The notes under the pieces: generated by a model
Told to the model about the DNA's origin: nothing
Seen by the model: only the letters and a program-made list of their open reading frames with translations
The model's database searches: none
Assembly (NCBI RefSeq): GCF_009914755.1
Contig: NC_060943.1
DNA from: the human T2T-CHM13v2.0 reference genome, Homo sapiens
Length of the DNA stretch: 64,000 bases
Direction: 5' to 3' (one strand)
Part shown: one piece after another, positions 1-18,659 of the stretch
Layout: every line of letters starts with the position of its first letter
Numbering within the stretch: position 1 is the first letter of the stretch
Translations under genes and position numbers: made by a program

Positions 1-1258
1 AAAAAAAAGTACAGACCTCTGGGCCCAGCCCTGAGCCACTAAATTACAGTTTGGGGTCTGGGGTTTTTCAGAAGTATGCAGGGGCTTTTAATGCCCACCA
101 CAAACCAGGCATCACTGCAGGAGCTGCAATCCCTCCCAACCACCACCTGTGTGCCAGGTGCACATTCCCAAGTATGTGGGTGGCCACGGCCTCTCATCTC
201 CAAATCCACCTTCATGGCCAGCTCATGTTACTGCAGCATTTCCACCCAGCCAGTTGGTACCATGGAAGGCTTCCTCTGTAGAGGGTGCTGGAGAGACGCT
301 GGAGGAGCTGGGGCTTTGCTTTCTGATTCCAGCTTCCTCTGGCTCTTCCTTCCATGCATTAATTTCTTTTTTAAATTTCTGGTTTTAGAGTCCAAGGGTC
401 TCACTATATTACCCAGGCTGGATTCGAACTCCCAGGCTCAAGTAATCTTCCCGCCTTGGCCTCCCAAGGAGCTGGGATTACAAGTGGGATTTCATGCGCA
501 GATCCTTTCTTTAATTTTTTGGGTGGCCAGCAACATGCAGTACCTCCCCATGGTGGCTTCTCCTGGCCCCCTATCCCAGTGAGTTTCATTAGGGCAGCCC
601 CTCAGCAAACTTCTTGGCCACCCGGCAGGCCACAGCTACATCCTCTCCAGGAAGGTGTGGATCTTGGGTTCTGGCTGAGGCTCCTCCAGAGCTGCTTCCT
701 CCTGAAGCATCAGCCCTAGGAGCAGTGGCTGCTCCCCTGAGCTGCTACTCCTGAATTCTTCAGTATTCTCTTTACTCCTTAGTAGGCAATCCTGTTGTTA
801 TTATTATTATTATTTTTAGAGACAGGGTCTCACTCTGTCACCTAGGCTGGAGTGCAATGGCACTATCACATCTCACTGCAGCCCTGACCTCCTTCCTGGG
901 CTCAAGTGATCCTCCCATCTCAGCCTCCTGCATAGCTGGGACTACAGGTGTGAGCCACCATGCGCAGCTCCCAAACCTGTTATTATTAATCATTCTTTAT
1001 AGTAAATTTTCCCTCTTCAAGTCATTGTGTGTGTTCTGACTCCTGATTGGACCTTGACTGATATATGCTACATCAGGCCACACAATGCAGATGTTACACA
1101 AGGCAGGAGAGAACCAAATCTGGGGACATAGAAAGACATTTGGCATGTGTTGTGAGATGAAAGAAAGGTAACAAAACAGCATGCACTTTATATACATATA
1201 CTCTCTAAATTGTTAAAAATCTTATCTGTGGGAGCACAATTAAGTGTGTTTAGCTTTA

Positions 1259-1619
1259 TGATATGGTCTGGCTGTGTCCCCACTCACATCTCATCTTGAA
1301 TTGTAGCTCCCATAATTCCCTCATATTGTCGGAGGGACCCAGTGGGAGATAATTGAATCATGGGGCGGTTTCCCCCATACTGTTCTCGTGGTAGTGAATA
1401 AGTCTCATGAAATCTGATGGTTTTATAAGGGGAAACCCCTTTCTCTTGGTTCTCATTCTCTCTTGTCTGCCTCCATGTAAGATGTGCCTTTCACCTTCTG
1501 CCATGACTGTGAGGCCTCCCCAGCCACGGGGAACTATGAGTCCATTAAACTTCTTTTTCTTGATAAGTTACCCAGTCTTGGGTATGTCTTTATCAGCAGC
1601 GTGAAAACGGACTAATGCA
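1259..1619 (+). mobile_element. THE1-family (ERVL-MaLR) solo LTR
   Basis: Begins TGATATGGTCTGGCTGTGTCCCC and ends AACGGACTAATGCA. Perfect 5-bp TSD CTTTA at 1254-1258 and 1620-1624. Confidence 0.92.
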
Positions 1620-2184
1620 CTTTATATATTTATGTATTTTTTTTTACAGTGAGACAGTATTACTTTTGTAATTTAAAAAGAGATGCACCTTTTACATAAA
1701 TCTAATATTTAAAAAATACGCCAACTGACCAACAGGTGTTTTCTGGCCCCAGGATTATGAGGCTGGCATTCTGTGTTCCCTGAGAAATGATTTACAGAAA
1801 CGTTTCCCTGAGCCCGAGCAACTCTAGGGCTGCTGACAAAGTAGTTATTGGTTGTCCACTTGATGCCTGGCTCTCCTTGTCACTTCTCAAATGTGAGCCA
1901 CCTCTTAGGAAACTGAAAACTTTTCCCTACCTTTGTTATAACATGCTGAATTCTCTCATTGGGATAATCAAATAGATATATGTCCACGTACTCATTCACC
2001 CAACAGATCTTTCCTAGTGGGCCACTGTGGGCCAGGTCTTTCCCCAAGCACTGGGACTAGGGAGACCCTATCCTATCCCTACCTCTATTGCTTAAACCCA
2101 GGAGTTCAAGACCAGCCTAGTTAACATGGCAAAAAAAACAGCACCTTGTACTTTAAAAACAACCTAATATCCAGAAGCAATTGA

Positions 2185-2587
<403 letters not shown>

Positions 2588-2942
2588 TGACCTTCCGAGC
2601 TCAAGTGATCCTCCCACCTCGCCCTTCTGAGTAGCTGGGACTGTAGGCGTGCACCACCTTGCCTGGCTGATGTTTTTATTTTTACTTTTTGTACAGACGA
2701 TGTCTCCCTGTGTTGCCCAGGCTGCTTTCAAATTCTTGAGCTCAAGGGATCCTCCAGCCTTGGCCTTCCAAAGTGCTAGGATTACAGGCGTGAGCCACCA
2801 CACCTGGACCCTCATTTTCAATAAAAAATAAATTTCAATTATATTCCTAGTTAAAATCACAGAGCTACAGCATGAAGGGGCAATGGGTATGTTTTCCTAA
2901 AAATAAGCAATATTCATTATGAAAAAATGTTCTTATATTTTA

Positions 2943-3119
<177 letters not shown>

Positions 3120-4711
3120 TTATATACAGCATGTCCTCCTAACAAATTCCAACATCTTTCAAACCTTCCCCACTGGGAGCTTCCTCCATGGGCACTTCAG
3201 CTGCTTTCCTCAGTGACACACAAAAGGCGTATATCAGGTGGGGCTGGATGACACTTCCAGGCCCTCAGGAAAAGCTTAGGGAGCAAAGGCAACACCATTA
3301 AAGTTATGCTAAGGCCACTGAGAGCTCCACATCCCAGCCATGTTGCCAGGGCAGCTTCCCTTCCTCATCCCTGCCAGGGACCACCCAATGCCACTCCACC
3401 CTGGTACTGACACCATGTTACTAGTTTCCCCCCACCCCTTTTTTTTGAGACAGGGTCTCCTCTGTCACCCAAGCTGGAGCACAGTGGTGTGATCACAGCT
3501 CACTGCAGCCTTGACTTCCCACGTGCAAGCGATCCTCTCACTTCAGCCTCTGGAGTAGCTGGGACCACAGGCGTGCACCACCACAACCAGGTAATTTTTT
3601 TTTTATTTTTTGTAGAGACAAGGTCTCCTTATGTTGCCCAGGTTCGTCTCAAACTCCAGGGCCCATGCGATCCTCCTGCTTCAGCCTCCCAAAATGCAGG
3701 GATTACAGATGACAGCCACTGCACCCAGCCTGTGTTAATCATTTCTATGTGGGACAAGCAGTGCTGACCTCCCCTGGGAGGACTCTCATTGAAGCCTCCT
3801 ATGTTCACCAATTATGTAAGTCCACTGTAAATTTCATTTACTGAGGGACTCCCCTCTACTGACTGAGAGTAGCTCCTATATAGGTAACCATTCATGTTAG
3901 CTATATAGGAGCTGCTGAAATTTTGTTTCATCCCAACATGGCAGGGACACAGAGTTGTCCTTTAGAGAGGCCCATGGGCCAGGAATGGGACCTGCCGCTG
4001 ATGAGGAGGAGATATTTCCATTGGCAGGAGCCTGGGGGTAGGGACAGAGGCTGCCTAAGAGGAAGAGAAAGAACAGTGAAGCAGGTCTTTTTTTTTTTCT
4101 TTTTTTAAGACATGGTCTCACTCTGTCACCCTGGCTGGAGTGCAGTGGCGCAATCATGGCTTGCAGCAGCCTTTACCTCCTGGGCTCAAGCAATCCTCCA
4201 CCTCAGCCTCCCAGTAGCTAGGACTACAAGCGTATGACACCAAGCCCAGCTAATTTTTAAATTTTTTGTAGAGATGGGGTCTCAGTATGTTGTCCAGGCT
4301 GGTCTTGAACTTCTGGCCTCAAGTGATCCTCCTGCCTCGGCCTCCCAAAGGGCTGTGATTACAGGCATGAGCCACTGCACTCGACCTGAACCAGGTGTTA
4401 CATGGTAAACTGTGACTGGCGCTGTCTGGGTGGGCTGCCCTTTGGCTCTCCTGATTCTTCAGTAAAATCTTGCTTTTGTGATCAGTTTGGCTTAGCTGGG
4501 CTGCACTGCAGGCAATGGAAGGGCTGTCCCTGGGGCTGACAAGGAGGTGGTGGCAGGGACTAGCAAGACGCCCATGAGAAGGGGCATTTCAGAGTAAGAG
4601 CTAAGGCTGCTACGTCCACCTGTCTCTGTGGACATGGTTCCAAGATGACCTGGCTCAAGAGAAGCAAACAGGTCTCCCAAGATACTCATCATTTGAAGAA
4701 AGAAAAAGTAA

Positions 4712-5283
<572 letters not shown>

Positions 5284-5284
5284 T

Positions 5285-5860
5285 TAAGAAGATGCTCAAT
5301 ATGGACAATCGTTTGGCAGTATCTACTGGTACTAAAGCTGATGGTACATATGCCCTATGACCATACACATACCATTCCTCAGTATATACCCACCAGAAAT
5401 ACACAAATATGTACATCAAGGGACACATCGCCAAATGTTCACAGCAGCACTATTCCTAAGAGTCCCAAACTGGAACCAATTAAGTCTCTGTCATCAGTAA
5501 AATGAATAACTGAGTGGCACGGTTGTACAGTAAAATATACAGCAATGAGAACAAACCCGCCCCTGCTATACACAATAACTGAAGACTCCCAAACTCCAAA
5601 TAATGCATATCGTCTAATTAAATGCATGTAAATTTTCAGAACAGGCAAAGCTAATCTCAGGTTATTTTTAAAGATTAAAGCTAATCTTGGCAATGGTTAA
5701 CTCTGTGGGAAGTAGTGACTAAGAAGAAGGGGGATTTCTAGGGTACAAGTAATTTTTTTTTAATCTGAGTGGTGGCTACTTTTTGAAAATGTATCGAACT
5801 GTGCACTTACGATTTACTCACTTCTTGTGCATATTTTATATATCAATAAATAAGTCTACT
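5285..5860 (+). mobile_element. Old L1 (L1M-type) 3' end fragment
   Basis: Typical L1 3' motifs: ATACCATTCCTCAGTATATACCC, ATGTTCACAGCAGCACTATTC, CCAAACTGGAA, ending ATCAATAAA. Boundaries approximate. Confidence 0.7.
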
Positions 5861-5938
5861 AAAAACATACCTTCATAAAGAATTTGTGATACTTTATATA
5901 AACATACTTTAAAAGGCTTGGCTGGGCGCAATGGCTCA

Positions 5939-6263
<325 letters not shown>

Positions 6264-7405
6264 TACTACAGTTGTTTACTTAAACTTGTACTAAAAGAAT
6301 AAAAACACAAACTTCCAGGATGCACTCCAAATCCAAGAAAAGATGAGTTTCCAAGGAGGGAGTGGGGTTAGGGGACAAGGCAACATCTACCCTAATGGTA
6401 ACATTTTATTATTTATTATTTTCTACTTTTCACATGTTAAAATTTAAAAATTTTCCTACTACACATGGCTCCTAAAGCCACCCTAACAGACTTGCCTAAA
6501 AAAACAAAATATCTGTCCTTCTAGCAAGGAAAGAGTCTCTGTAGGTCACTGTATCTCTTTCTTCCAAGGGAAATATTGTAGTAAGCTTTCCCTCTAGAAC
6601 AGTGGAGAGATATGACTCTATGTGTAACATCGGTACAAAATAACCAGCCGGCAAGTGTGCGGGTGAGGAGCAGTGGGACTGATTCTGAGCCCTGCAGAGC
6701 TCGACAGGAGCACAGTTGTCCATATTGAGCTCTGGGCAGTGTCTGCCTATTCCAGAGCTGCTTGCTATGAGAAGCCTAATTCTATGTGTGAAAGTCTGTA
6801 TATGTGGGAAAATGATGGTGAGTTCATGAAACAGCCACATAAGGATCCCTCAAAATAAGCTCCTGAAGACCATTTAAAATGTATTTTAGGGCCAGGGGCG
6901 TTGGCTTATGCCTGTAATCCCAACACTTTGGGAGCCCGAAGCAAGAGGATTGCTTAAGCCCAGGAGTTCAAGGCCAGTCTGGCTAACATAACAAGACCCT
7001 GGCCCTATAGAAAAAAAAAAAAAAAAGCCAGTTGTGGTGCCGCGTGCCTAAAGCCCCAGCTACTCGGGAGGCTGAGGTGGGAGGATCACTTGAGCCCAGG
7101 AGGAGGTGGCTATAATGAGCTAGGATCGTGCCACTGCACTCCAGCCTGGGGACAGTGAGACCCCATCTCAATTTAAAAAAAAAAAAGTGTTTTAATATAG
7201 TAGGGGCTAATTAATATACATATAATCAATACCGGTGTAGCTTAATGCTGCTGGTCTATATGTACAGACACTATGAATAACACATTATAATGATGGTGAA
7301 AAAAAGAAAAAGGGGCTAGGCACAGTGGCTCACACCTGTAATCCAGGTACTTTGAAAGGCTGAGGCAGGCGGATCGCTTGAGGTCAGGAGTTCAAGACCA
7401 GCCTA

Positions 7406-7690
<285 letters not shown>

Positions 7691-8235
7691 TTAAAGAAAT
7701 GTCATTATCTAGTTTCCAAAACCCTGGGAGCAGTTTAAAAATCGGGATTCGCAGAGCAGCTGGCAGTGGAGAAGTATGTTTCCTTGAATCTCTCTGTGTG
7801 CAGTGCCCTGATGTGTGACAGGGCAATGAAGGGAATTCCTCAGCGAGTCAGTGAGGGTCAGCTAAGATAAATGCACACAGGAGTTAGAAACGGGAGCGCT
7901 CACAGTAAACACTCAAAGCACGTCAGCTCCCATTGAGACACGCATGACGATCTTCCCCGTCAGGCATGAATTTAAAGAAAGGCTGCAGTGTGCAAAATGA
8001 TACCATAAAAGTGATAGGAAATTTAGCTTCCAAGGTCAAAGAAAAGAACGAGATTGCTAAGCTGTGAATGGAACTCCACATTAACAATATGAAGATGTTA
8101 ATCTTTGTTTTTGCAAGATAAAGGAAAGAAGTTTATGTTTTAATCTAACCAGATAGAAATGAGGCTGGACACGTTTAAAAAAATAAGCCCCAAAGCAAAT
8201 GCTATCAAATGCAGAATAGAGAGAAGAAATCCTTA

Positions 8236-8769
<534 letters not shown>

Positions 8770-9376
8770 TAGCCACGGTGGTCTCGATCTCCTGACCTCG
8801 TGATCCGCCCGCCTCGGCCTCCCAAAGTGCTGGGATTACAGGCGTGAGCCACCGTGCCCGGCCAATATCATGTATTAAATGCACTGCCTCCAAGTCCTTA
8901 CCATAAATGTGGGATACTACAAAGTACACAGAAGCTAAAAGATTAAATTTTCCACCGTCCCATCTCTTTGTACACTTGGCATATCCTTCTAGTTTCTGTT
9001 TTTAGAGTTACTGCATACATATACAATTTGTCTTGTTATGAATAAGGGTTTTTTGTTTTTTTGTTTTTTTTTTTGAGACAGGGTCTCACTCTGTCTCCCA
9101 GGCTGGAGTGAAGTGGTGCAATCATGGTTCACTGTAGCCTCAATCTCTCTGGGCTCAGGTGATCCTCCAGTCTCAGCCTCCCAATAGCTGGGACTAACCA
9201 AGCCCAGCTAGTTTTTGTATTTTTTGTAGAGACGGGGTTTCACCATGTTGTCCAGGCTGGTCTTGAACTCCTTGGCTCAAGGGATCCGCCTGCCTCAGCC
9301 TCCTAAAGTGCTAGGATTACAGGCATGAGCCACTGAGCCCAGCCTGTTGTTATTATTATTGTTATTATTATTTTGA

Positions 9377-9484
<108 letters not shown>

Positions 9485-9674
9485 TAGCTGGGATTACAGG
9501 CACTCGCCACCACACCTGGCTAATTTTTCTATTTTTAGTAGAGATGGGGTTTCACCATGTTGGCCAGGATGGTCTCAAACTCCTGACCTCAAATGATCTG
9601 CACACCTCGGCCTCCCAAAGTGCTGGGATTACAGGCCTGAGCCACCATGCCTGGCCCCAGCCTGCTATTAATAA

Positions 9675-9872
<198 letters not shown>

Positions 9873-10161
9873 TAGTAGAGAAGGGGTTTCACCATGTTGC
9901 CCAGGCTGGTCTCAAACTCCAGAGCTGAAGAGATCCACCCACCTCAACCTCCCAAAGTGTTGGGATTACAGGTATGATCCACTGTCCCCAGCCTATTAAT
10001 GAGTTTTTATAGTCAACATTTTAAAAGGTAGGAATCCACTAGATATACCAGCTTAACCAGCCATTTTCCTTGCTTAGGTGGGGTTTTTTTCCTTCACTTT
10101 CCATTGTTGTAGATAACCCTGTAATAAACATCTGTGTGCAGATAACCCCTACTGTATTTAA

Positions 10162-10512
<351 letters not shown>

Positions 10513-10669
10513 TAAATTCTTGAGTCAAATGGTGTGAACGTTTTGTGTCTACATACATACTGCACAAAATCATTTCTCCAAGCTATAAATACACTGGTAA
10601 TAATTTTCTAAAACTTGCCAAAACAACTTAAAACCCACTGTCTAAATTTGCATTTGTTACTGAGACTGA

Positions 10670-10861
<192 letters not shown>

Positions 10862-11232
10862 TGAGTAGCTGGGACTACAGGCGCCCGCCACCACGCCAGC
10901 TAATTTTTTGTATTTTTAGTAAAGACAGGGTTTCACCATGTTGGCCAGGATGGTCTCGATCTGCTGACCTCGTGATCCGTCCATCTCGGCCTCCCAAAAT
11001 GCTGGGATTACAGGCGTGAGCCACCGCACCCGGCCTGTTTTTTCTTTTTTTATTTTTGTTTTTTTTTTTGAGACAGGGTCTCACTCTGTCATCCAGGGTG
11101 GAGTGAAGTGACAAGATCATACTGCAACTTTGACCTCCTGGGCTCAAGTGATCCTCCTGCCTCAGCCTCCCAAGCAGCTGGGACTACAGGTGAGCAACAC
11201 CATGCCAGGATGATTTTTGTATTTTTTTGTAG

Positions 11233-11343
<111 letters not shown>

Positions 11344-11854
11344 TGACTTCCATTCCAATTTGAAATTACTAAAATTAATCTACTAAAATTAAAGTCCTGA
11401 CTTTGCTTTTACTATAAATGTTTTTTCTGTTCTATTAATATTATTTTGCTTATATAAATTTCTTAAACATAAAAGCGATTAAAAAGGTTTTTTTACTTTC
11501 TAAATTCTTGGTGTAAAAGCAAATAGCAGTCATATCCCTGAAGAGGTGTGATAAGACTGGATATTGGATTTCATAGTCTTATTTGTGTGTCTATAGAGTA
11601 TAGTCCTTCATTCATTAGGAATTTATTTTAGTGTATGACTTAGGCGAGGCTCAAAGCTGATTTCTAATACTGCTAATCAATATAGCACTGAATGCTTTCC
11701 TTCCCCTTTGAGCTGTGGGACAGGCTTTATTAAAGATTCAGTATGCTTGTAGAAACACTACGTTCACCTCAGGGCATTCCTGGGCACCTCTGTATCACTC
11801 AACTAGTCCTACACTGTTCTTGCTACTTTATCTATATGTTTTAAAATATGACAG

Positions 11855-12776
<922 letters not shown>

Positions 12777-13161
12777 TTACGTGCTTATTTTTTCCACTGA
12801 ATTTTAGAACGATTTACTCGTTTTTAGTTTTTACTCAGCCAAAGTATAATGCTTACCAGGAAAAAAAAAAAGGTTAAATTCAAATATCTCAAAATGGTAG
12901 CAATATTTTTGGCCAAAACAAAAATAAAAACAAGCCCTAGAAGGAAATACATTAAGTATTTATATAATACTAATAGTAGGAAGGGTCTTACTAAATTTAC
13001 AATTATTACAGAAAATGTAAAGAAAAAATGGATAGATTTTACTAAATATAAAATACAGAATATTTAGTATATCAAAAAAGCCTACACAGGCCAGGCATAG
13101 TGGCTCACACTTGTAATCCCAGCACTTTGGGAGGCCAAGGTGGGCGGATCACCAGAGGTCA

Positions 13162-13594
<433 letters not shown>

Positions 13595-14584
13595 TCAGGA
13601 GGCTGAGGCAGGAGAATGGCTTGAACCCAGGAGGCGGTGGTTGCAGTGAGCCAAGATTGTGCCATTGTGCTCTAGTCTGGGCAACAAGAGTGAAATTCTG
13701 TCTCAAAACAAAACAAAACAAAACAAACAAAACAACAAAAAAAAAACAGACAAATGTGATCGTGGATCCCTACTCCCATCCCTGCCCCATGCACCCTTAG
13801 AGACCTCCAGTGTCTTCCCACCACTCCAAAGGCAGACACCAACCCTCTAAACAGGACACCAAAGGCACCCCCAGCCTGGTCCCTGCCCACTCCTCCAGCC
13901 CCATCTCGCATCCCAAACATCCTCTTTCCACTGCCACCTGTGTCACACTCCCTCGTTTCTGTCTGGAAAGCTCATCCCAGCCCCACAAAGATCATGCCTA
14001 GCCCTTGAGCTGTTCCTAGATGATTCCTGTACATCCTAAGCTCTCCCCTTGACCCTTTCTTCCTCAGGAGGAAACCTTCCTGACCCCCTAGCCCTGTGTC
14101 AGCTCAAACCCAGGACAAGCAACAAAGGAAAAGATGATGAAGAAAAAAGGCTAAACTGCAGCTGCCAAGAAGATCAAATTAATGTGAATGTCCAGAGATA
14201 CACGTGAGAGGTAAGGAGGGACCACTCTCACTGTTCAGGTTGCTGCACAAAGAAACTTACTAAGGGCTGGAAGCAGCGCTGAATTCATTAGCTCTGTGCC
14301 GCTGTGAAAATGGCCAGGACCCATACAAGTCAAAATCTAACAAGATCCACTATGGAGGAAATCCAGATCGCAGAGCAATTAGGTTGCTGGACAGTGTCCA
14401 TTTGACATTGGTGATGAAAACCCAGTGACTAAGACTCTAGTCATAAATACATGCATGAGCACCCACGCACCCACACAGGTACACATGCACACACATGTAC
14501 GCATGCACACATACACGTAGAGACCAGGCTGAGCCTGCCCCTCTTCCACTCTCAGAGGAAGCAGAGGCGGCGATCTGGTACCTA

Positions 14585-14818
<234 letters not shown>

Positions 14819-16090
14819 TCATCAAGGCTTACCTTCTGCTGGACAGTGTCGACTGAGCATTTACTCTGCACCCATCATCTACCGCAGGCCATCAGACAAT
14901 CTCATTTGATTCTCACACAACTGTATGACTACATATTATTGTCATCCCATTTTCCATAGAAATTAAATGACTTGTAAAGATTACCTAGCCAATAGGAGGT
15001 AGAACAGGGCCTCTAATCCAGGCAGACACAAAAGCCTACATTCAAGTAGTTTTCTTATTAGAATGGAAGATCAGAATGGAAAAAGAAAATGAGATATAGA
15101 AAGACTAAAAGATTTAAAAGGGGACTTTAAAAATACTTGTGAATTACTCAGGAATATTTTACAGGAAAGTTAGAGTAAACAGATTTACCCTCCTGCCTAA
15201 AAAAGTAAAACAAGGCCAGGCGCGGTGGCTCATGCTTATAATCCCAGCACTTTGGGAGGCCGAGGTGGGTGGATCACGAGGTCAGGAGATCGAGACCAGC
15301 CTGGCTAACACGGTGAAACCTCATCTCTACTAAAAATACAAAAAAATTAGCCAGGTGTGGTGGCGCGCACCTGTAATCCCAGCTACTCAGGAGACTGAGG
15401 CAGGAGAATCGGTTGAACCCGGGAGGTGGAGGTTACTATGAGCCTACATTGCACTACTGCACTCCAACCTGGGCAACAGAGCAAGTCTCCATCTCAAAAA
15501 AAAAAATAGTAAAACAAAACAAAAGACCACCGTCCCAGCTTGCTGCCTAGGAAAATTTCCAGGTCACAGCACAGGGAGGAGGAATGGGTGGAGCCAGGCA
15601 GACTCCCTGAGTTGCAGAGATGGAGCTGAGAGAATGTGTAGGATAGAGTGCCGGAAAGGAGAGAACTGCACAGAGAGAACGAGGAGATCTGCAGAAGGTC
15701 CCCTAGTTTCAGCGGGATACAGTGCAGCACACAAGTGTGAGGAAATTACCAGACAGTGGAGGAAGAACCATTCACCAGGATCAGAGGAGCAGTGCCAGGT
15801 GCTTACATACAGCCCAAGACGGCAGCTGCTCCCACCAGGAACACTGGAGAAACCTATCATTCACAAGATGCCAGGTGCAGCACTCAGAAAGGTCTGGCCT
15901 GGGTACTGGGGAATAATTAGCCCTGGCTGGGCACTGCTCCACACCCCACCTAACAAATCATATAAGAAAGACCCGGTCAGGCACAGTGGCTCACATCTGT
16001 AATCCCAGCACTTTGGGAGGCTGAGGAGGGCGGATCATGAGGTCAAGAGATGGAGACCATCCTGGCCAACATGGTGAAACCCTGTCTCTA

Positions 16091-16291
<201 letters not shown>

Positions 16292-16775
16292 TCAATCAGA
16301 TGTGGGATAAAAACCACCATTTTTCATATTTTGGTTTTGGGGCTTTTTTTTGAGACGATCTCACTCTGTTGCCCAGGCTGGAGTACAGTGGCGCAATCAC
16401 AGCTCAGTATAGCCTCAACCTCCTGGGCTCAAGTGATCCTCCCACCTCAGTATCTTGAATAGCTGGGACTATAGGCACACGCCACCACACCTGGCTAATT
16501 TTTATATTTTTTGTAGAGATGGGGTCTCAATATGTTCTCCAGGCTGGTCTGGAACTCCTGGGCTCAAGTAATCCTCCTGCCTCAGTCTCCCAAAATGTTG
16601 GGATTACAGCCATGAGCCACCACGCCCAGCTGCTGTTTTGTTTTAAATTACTACATTTTGGTGCAATTGTCACACAGCAATAAATAACTAATAGCCTTAC
16701 CATCAAATGGTGCTGGAAAAATCAAATTTCCATATGCAAAAAAAAAAAAAAATCATGGATCTATACCTTACACAC

Positions 16776-17132
16776 TGATATGGTTTGGCTCTGTGCCATT
16801 ACCCAAATCTCCTCTCAAATTGTAATCCCCATGTGTCGAAGGAGGAAAGTGATTGGATTATGGGGGTGGTTTCCCCCATCCTGTTCTTGTGATAGTGAGC
16901 TCTCACAAGAGCAGATGGTTTTACAAATGGTAGTTTCTTCTGAGCTCTCACATGCTCGCTCTCTCTCATCTGCCGCCATGTAAGACATGCCTGCTTCCCC
17001 TTCTGCCATGATTGTTGGTTTCCTGAGGATTCCCCAGCCATGCAGAACTGTGAGTCAATTAAATCTCCTTTGCTTATAAATTACCACATCTGAGGTAGTA
17101 TCTTTACAGCAGTGTGAGAACGGACTAATACA
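16776..17132 (+). mobile_element. THE1D/MSTA-like MaLR solo LTR nested in L1
   Basis: TGATATGGTTTGGCTCTGTG ... GAACGGACTAATACA. 5-bp TSD CACAC / CGCAC (one mismatch). Confidence 0.9.
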
Positions 17133-17470
17133 CGCACCATCTACAAACACTAACTCTAAATGGATTACAGACCTAACTGTAAAGCCGAAAACCATAACAC
17201 TTCTAGAAGAAAATATAAGAGAAAACCTTTGTGACCTTAGGTTAGGTAAATATTTCTTCAATATGAGATACTGAAAGCATGATCCATAAAAGAAAAAATT
17301 GTAAGCTGGACTTCATAAAAATTAATAACTTCTGCTCTTTGAAAGGCACTGTTTAAGAGAATGAAAAGACAAGCCATAGATAGAGAGAAAAGACTTGCAA
17401 ATCACATATTTGATAAAAGACTTGTATTGATACTATATAACGAACCCTCAGGATGCAATAATGGAAAACA

Positions 17471-17633
17471 AGCCAGGGCTGTGATGTCTCCAGGAAACCC
17501 ACAGTCTTCACCCAGGTCTCTGCTTACGTCTCCTGGATGAAAAATGTCATTGCCTCCAACTGAACATGATCCTGAGTCCAACGGCCTTCCCAAGATGGTT
17601 CTTAGATCTGCAACAGGACTTGTGACCAACAAG
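17471..17633 (+). pseudogene. Processed fragment of chymotrypsin-like elastase 1 (CELA1) mRNA: last 30 codons, stop and ~70 nt of 3' UTR
   Basis: 17471-17563 translates to [30 protein letters not shown], versus recalled human CELA1 C-terminus [30 protein letters not shown] (25/30 identical). L1 sequence flanks both sides. Confidence 0.85.
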
Positions 17634-17848
17634 GAATGCCCAATTTTTATAAATGGGCAAAAGATGTGAACAGATGCTTTACTAAAAAAGATATAAAGAT
17701 GACAAATAAGCACATGAAAAAAATGCTCAATACCATTAGCCATTAGAGAAATGCAAAATAAGACCAGGCGCGGTAGCTCACGCCTGTAATCCCAGCACTT
17801 TGGGAGGCCGAGGCGGGTGGATCACTTAAGGTCAGGAGTTTGAGATCA

Positions 17849-18040
<192 letters not shown>

Positions 18041-18143
18041 TCAAAAATAACAGACTCCATCTCAAAAACAAAAAAACAAAAATAACCACAATGAAATACT
18101 AGTACACGCTCATGAAATGTCCAAAATTTTAAAAACTGACCAA

Positions 18144-18627
18144 GACAACCCCTTGTGCTCTTTTATTCTAAACTGGGCCTATGAGAATGGATTCCACAAA
18201 GGAGGGCAATAAGAAGGGTTGTTCTGTCGTCAACAAGGTTGTGACCAGAAAGCACACTATCAGCACTCATGAGCACACCTATGGAGTGTGCTTTAAGACA
18301 CTGCCCCTGGCATACACAAAGAGATCTGGAAATTTTCCATGAAAGAGCTAGGAACTCGAGATGTGTGCATTGATGCCGGGCTCAACAAAGCTGTCTCAGA
18401 CAAAGGAGTAAGGAATATCCCTCACCCTATCTGTGTACCACTGTCCAGAAAGCGTAATGAAGATGAAGATTGATCAAACAAGCTCTGTACATTGGTTAGC
18501 TATGCAACTGTCACCACTTTCAAAAACCTACAGTCAATGTGGATGAAAACTAACCACTGACTGTCCAAGTTATAAAAGACCACACACACACACACACACA
18601 CACACGCACTCACACGCATGCACATGA

Positions 18628-18656
<29 letters not shown>
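18144..18656 (+). pseudogene. RPL31 (60S ribosomal protein L31) processed pseudogene
   Basis: Intronless decayed RPL31 CDS from ATG 18187 to TAA 18553 (segments ...IDAGLNKAV.., [23 protein letters not shown]), with indels and an in-frame TGA at 18471. Direct repeat CTGACCAA at 18136-18143 and 18657-18664. Tail region is (CA)n. Confidence 0.93.

Positions 18657-18659
<3 letters not shown>

Noticed and set aside
76-719. Overlapping ORFs up to 168 aa at the left edge
   Set aside because: They run through an Alu fragment and degenerate LTR-like sequence in a CEP89 intron, with no recognisable domain or splice support.
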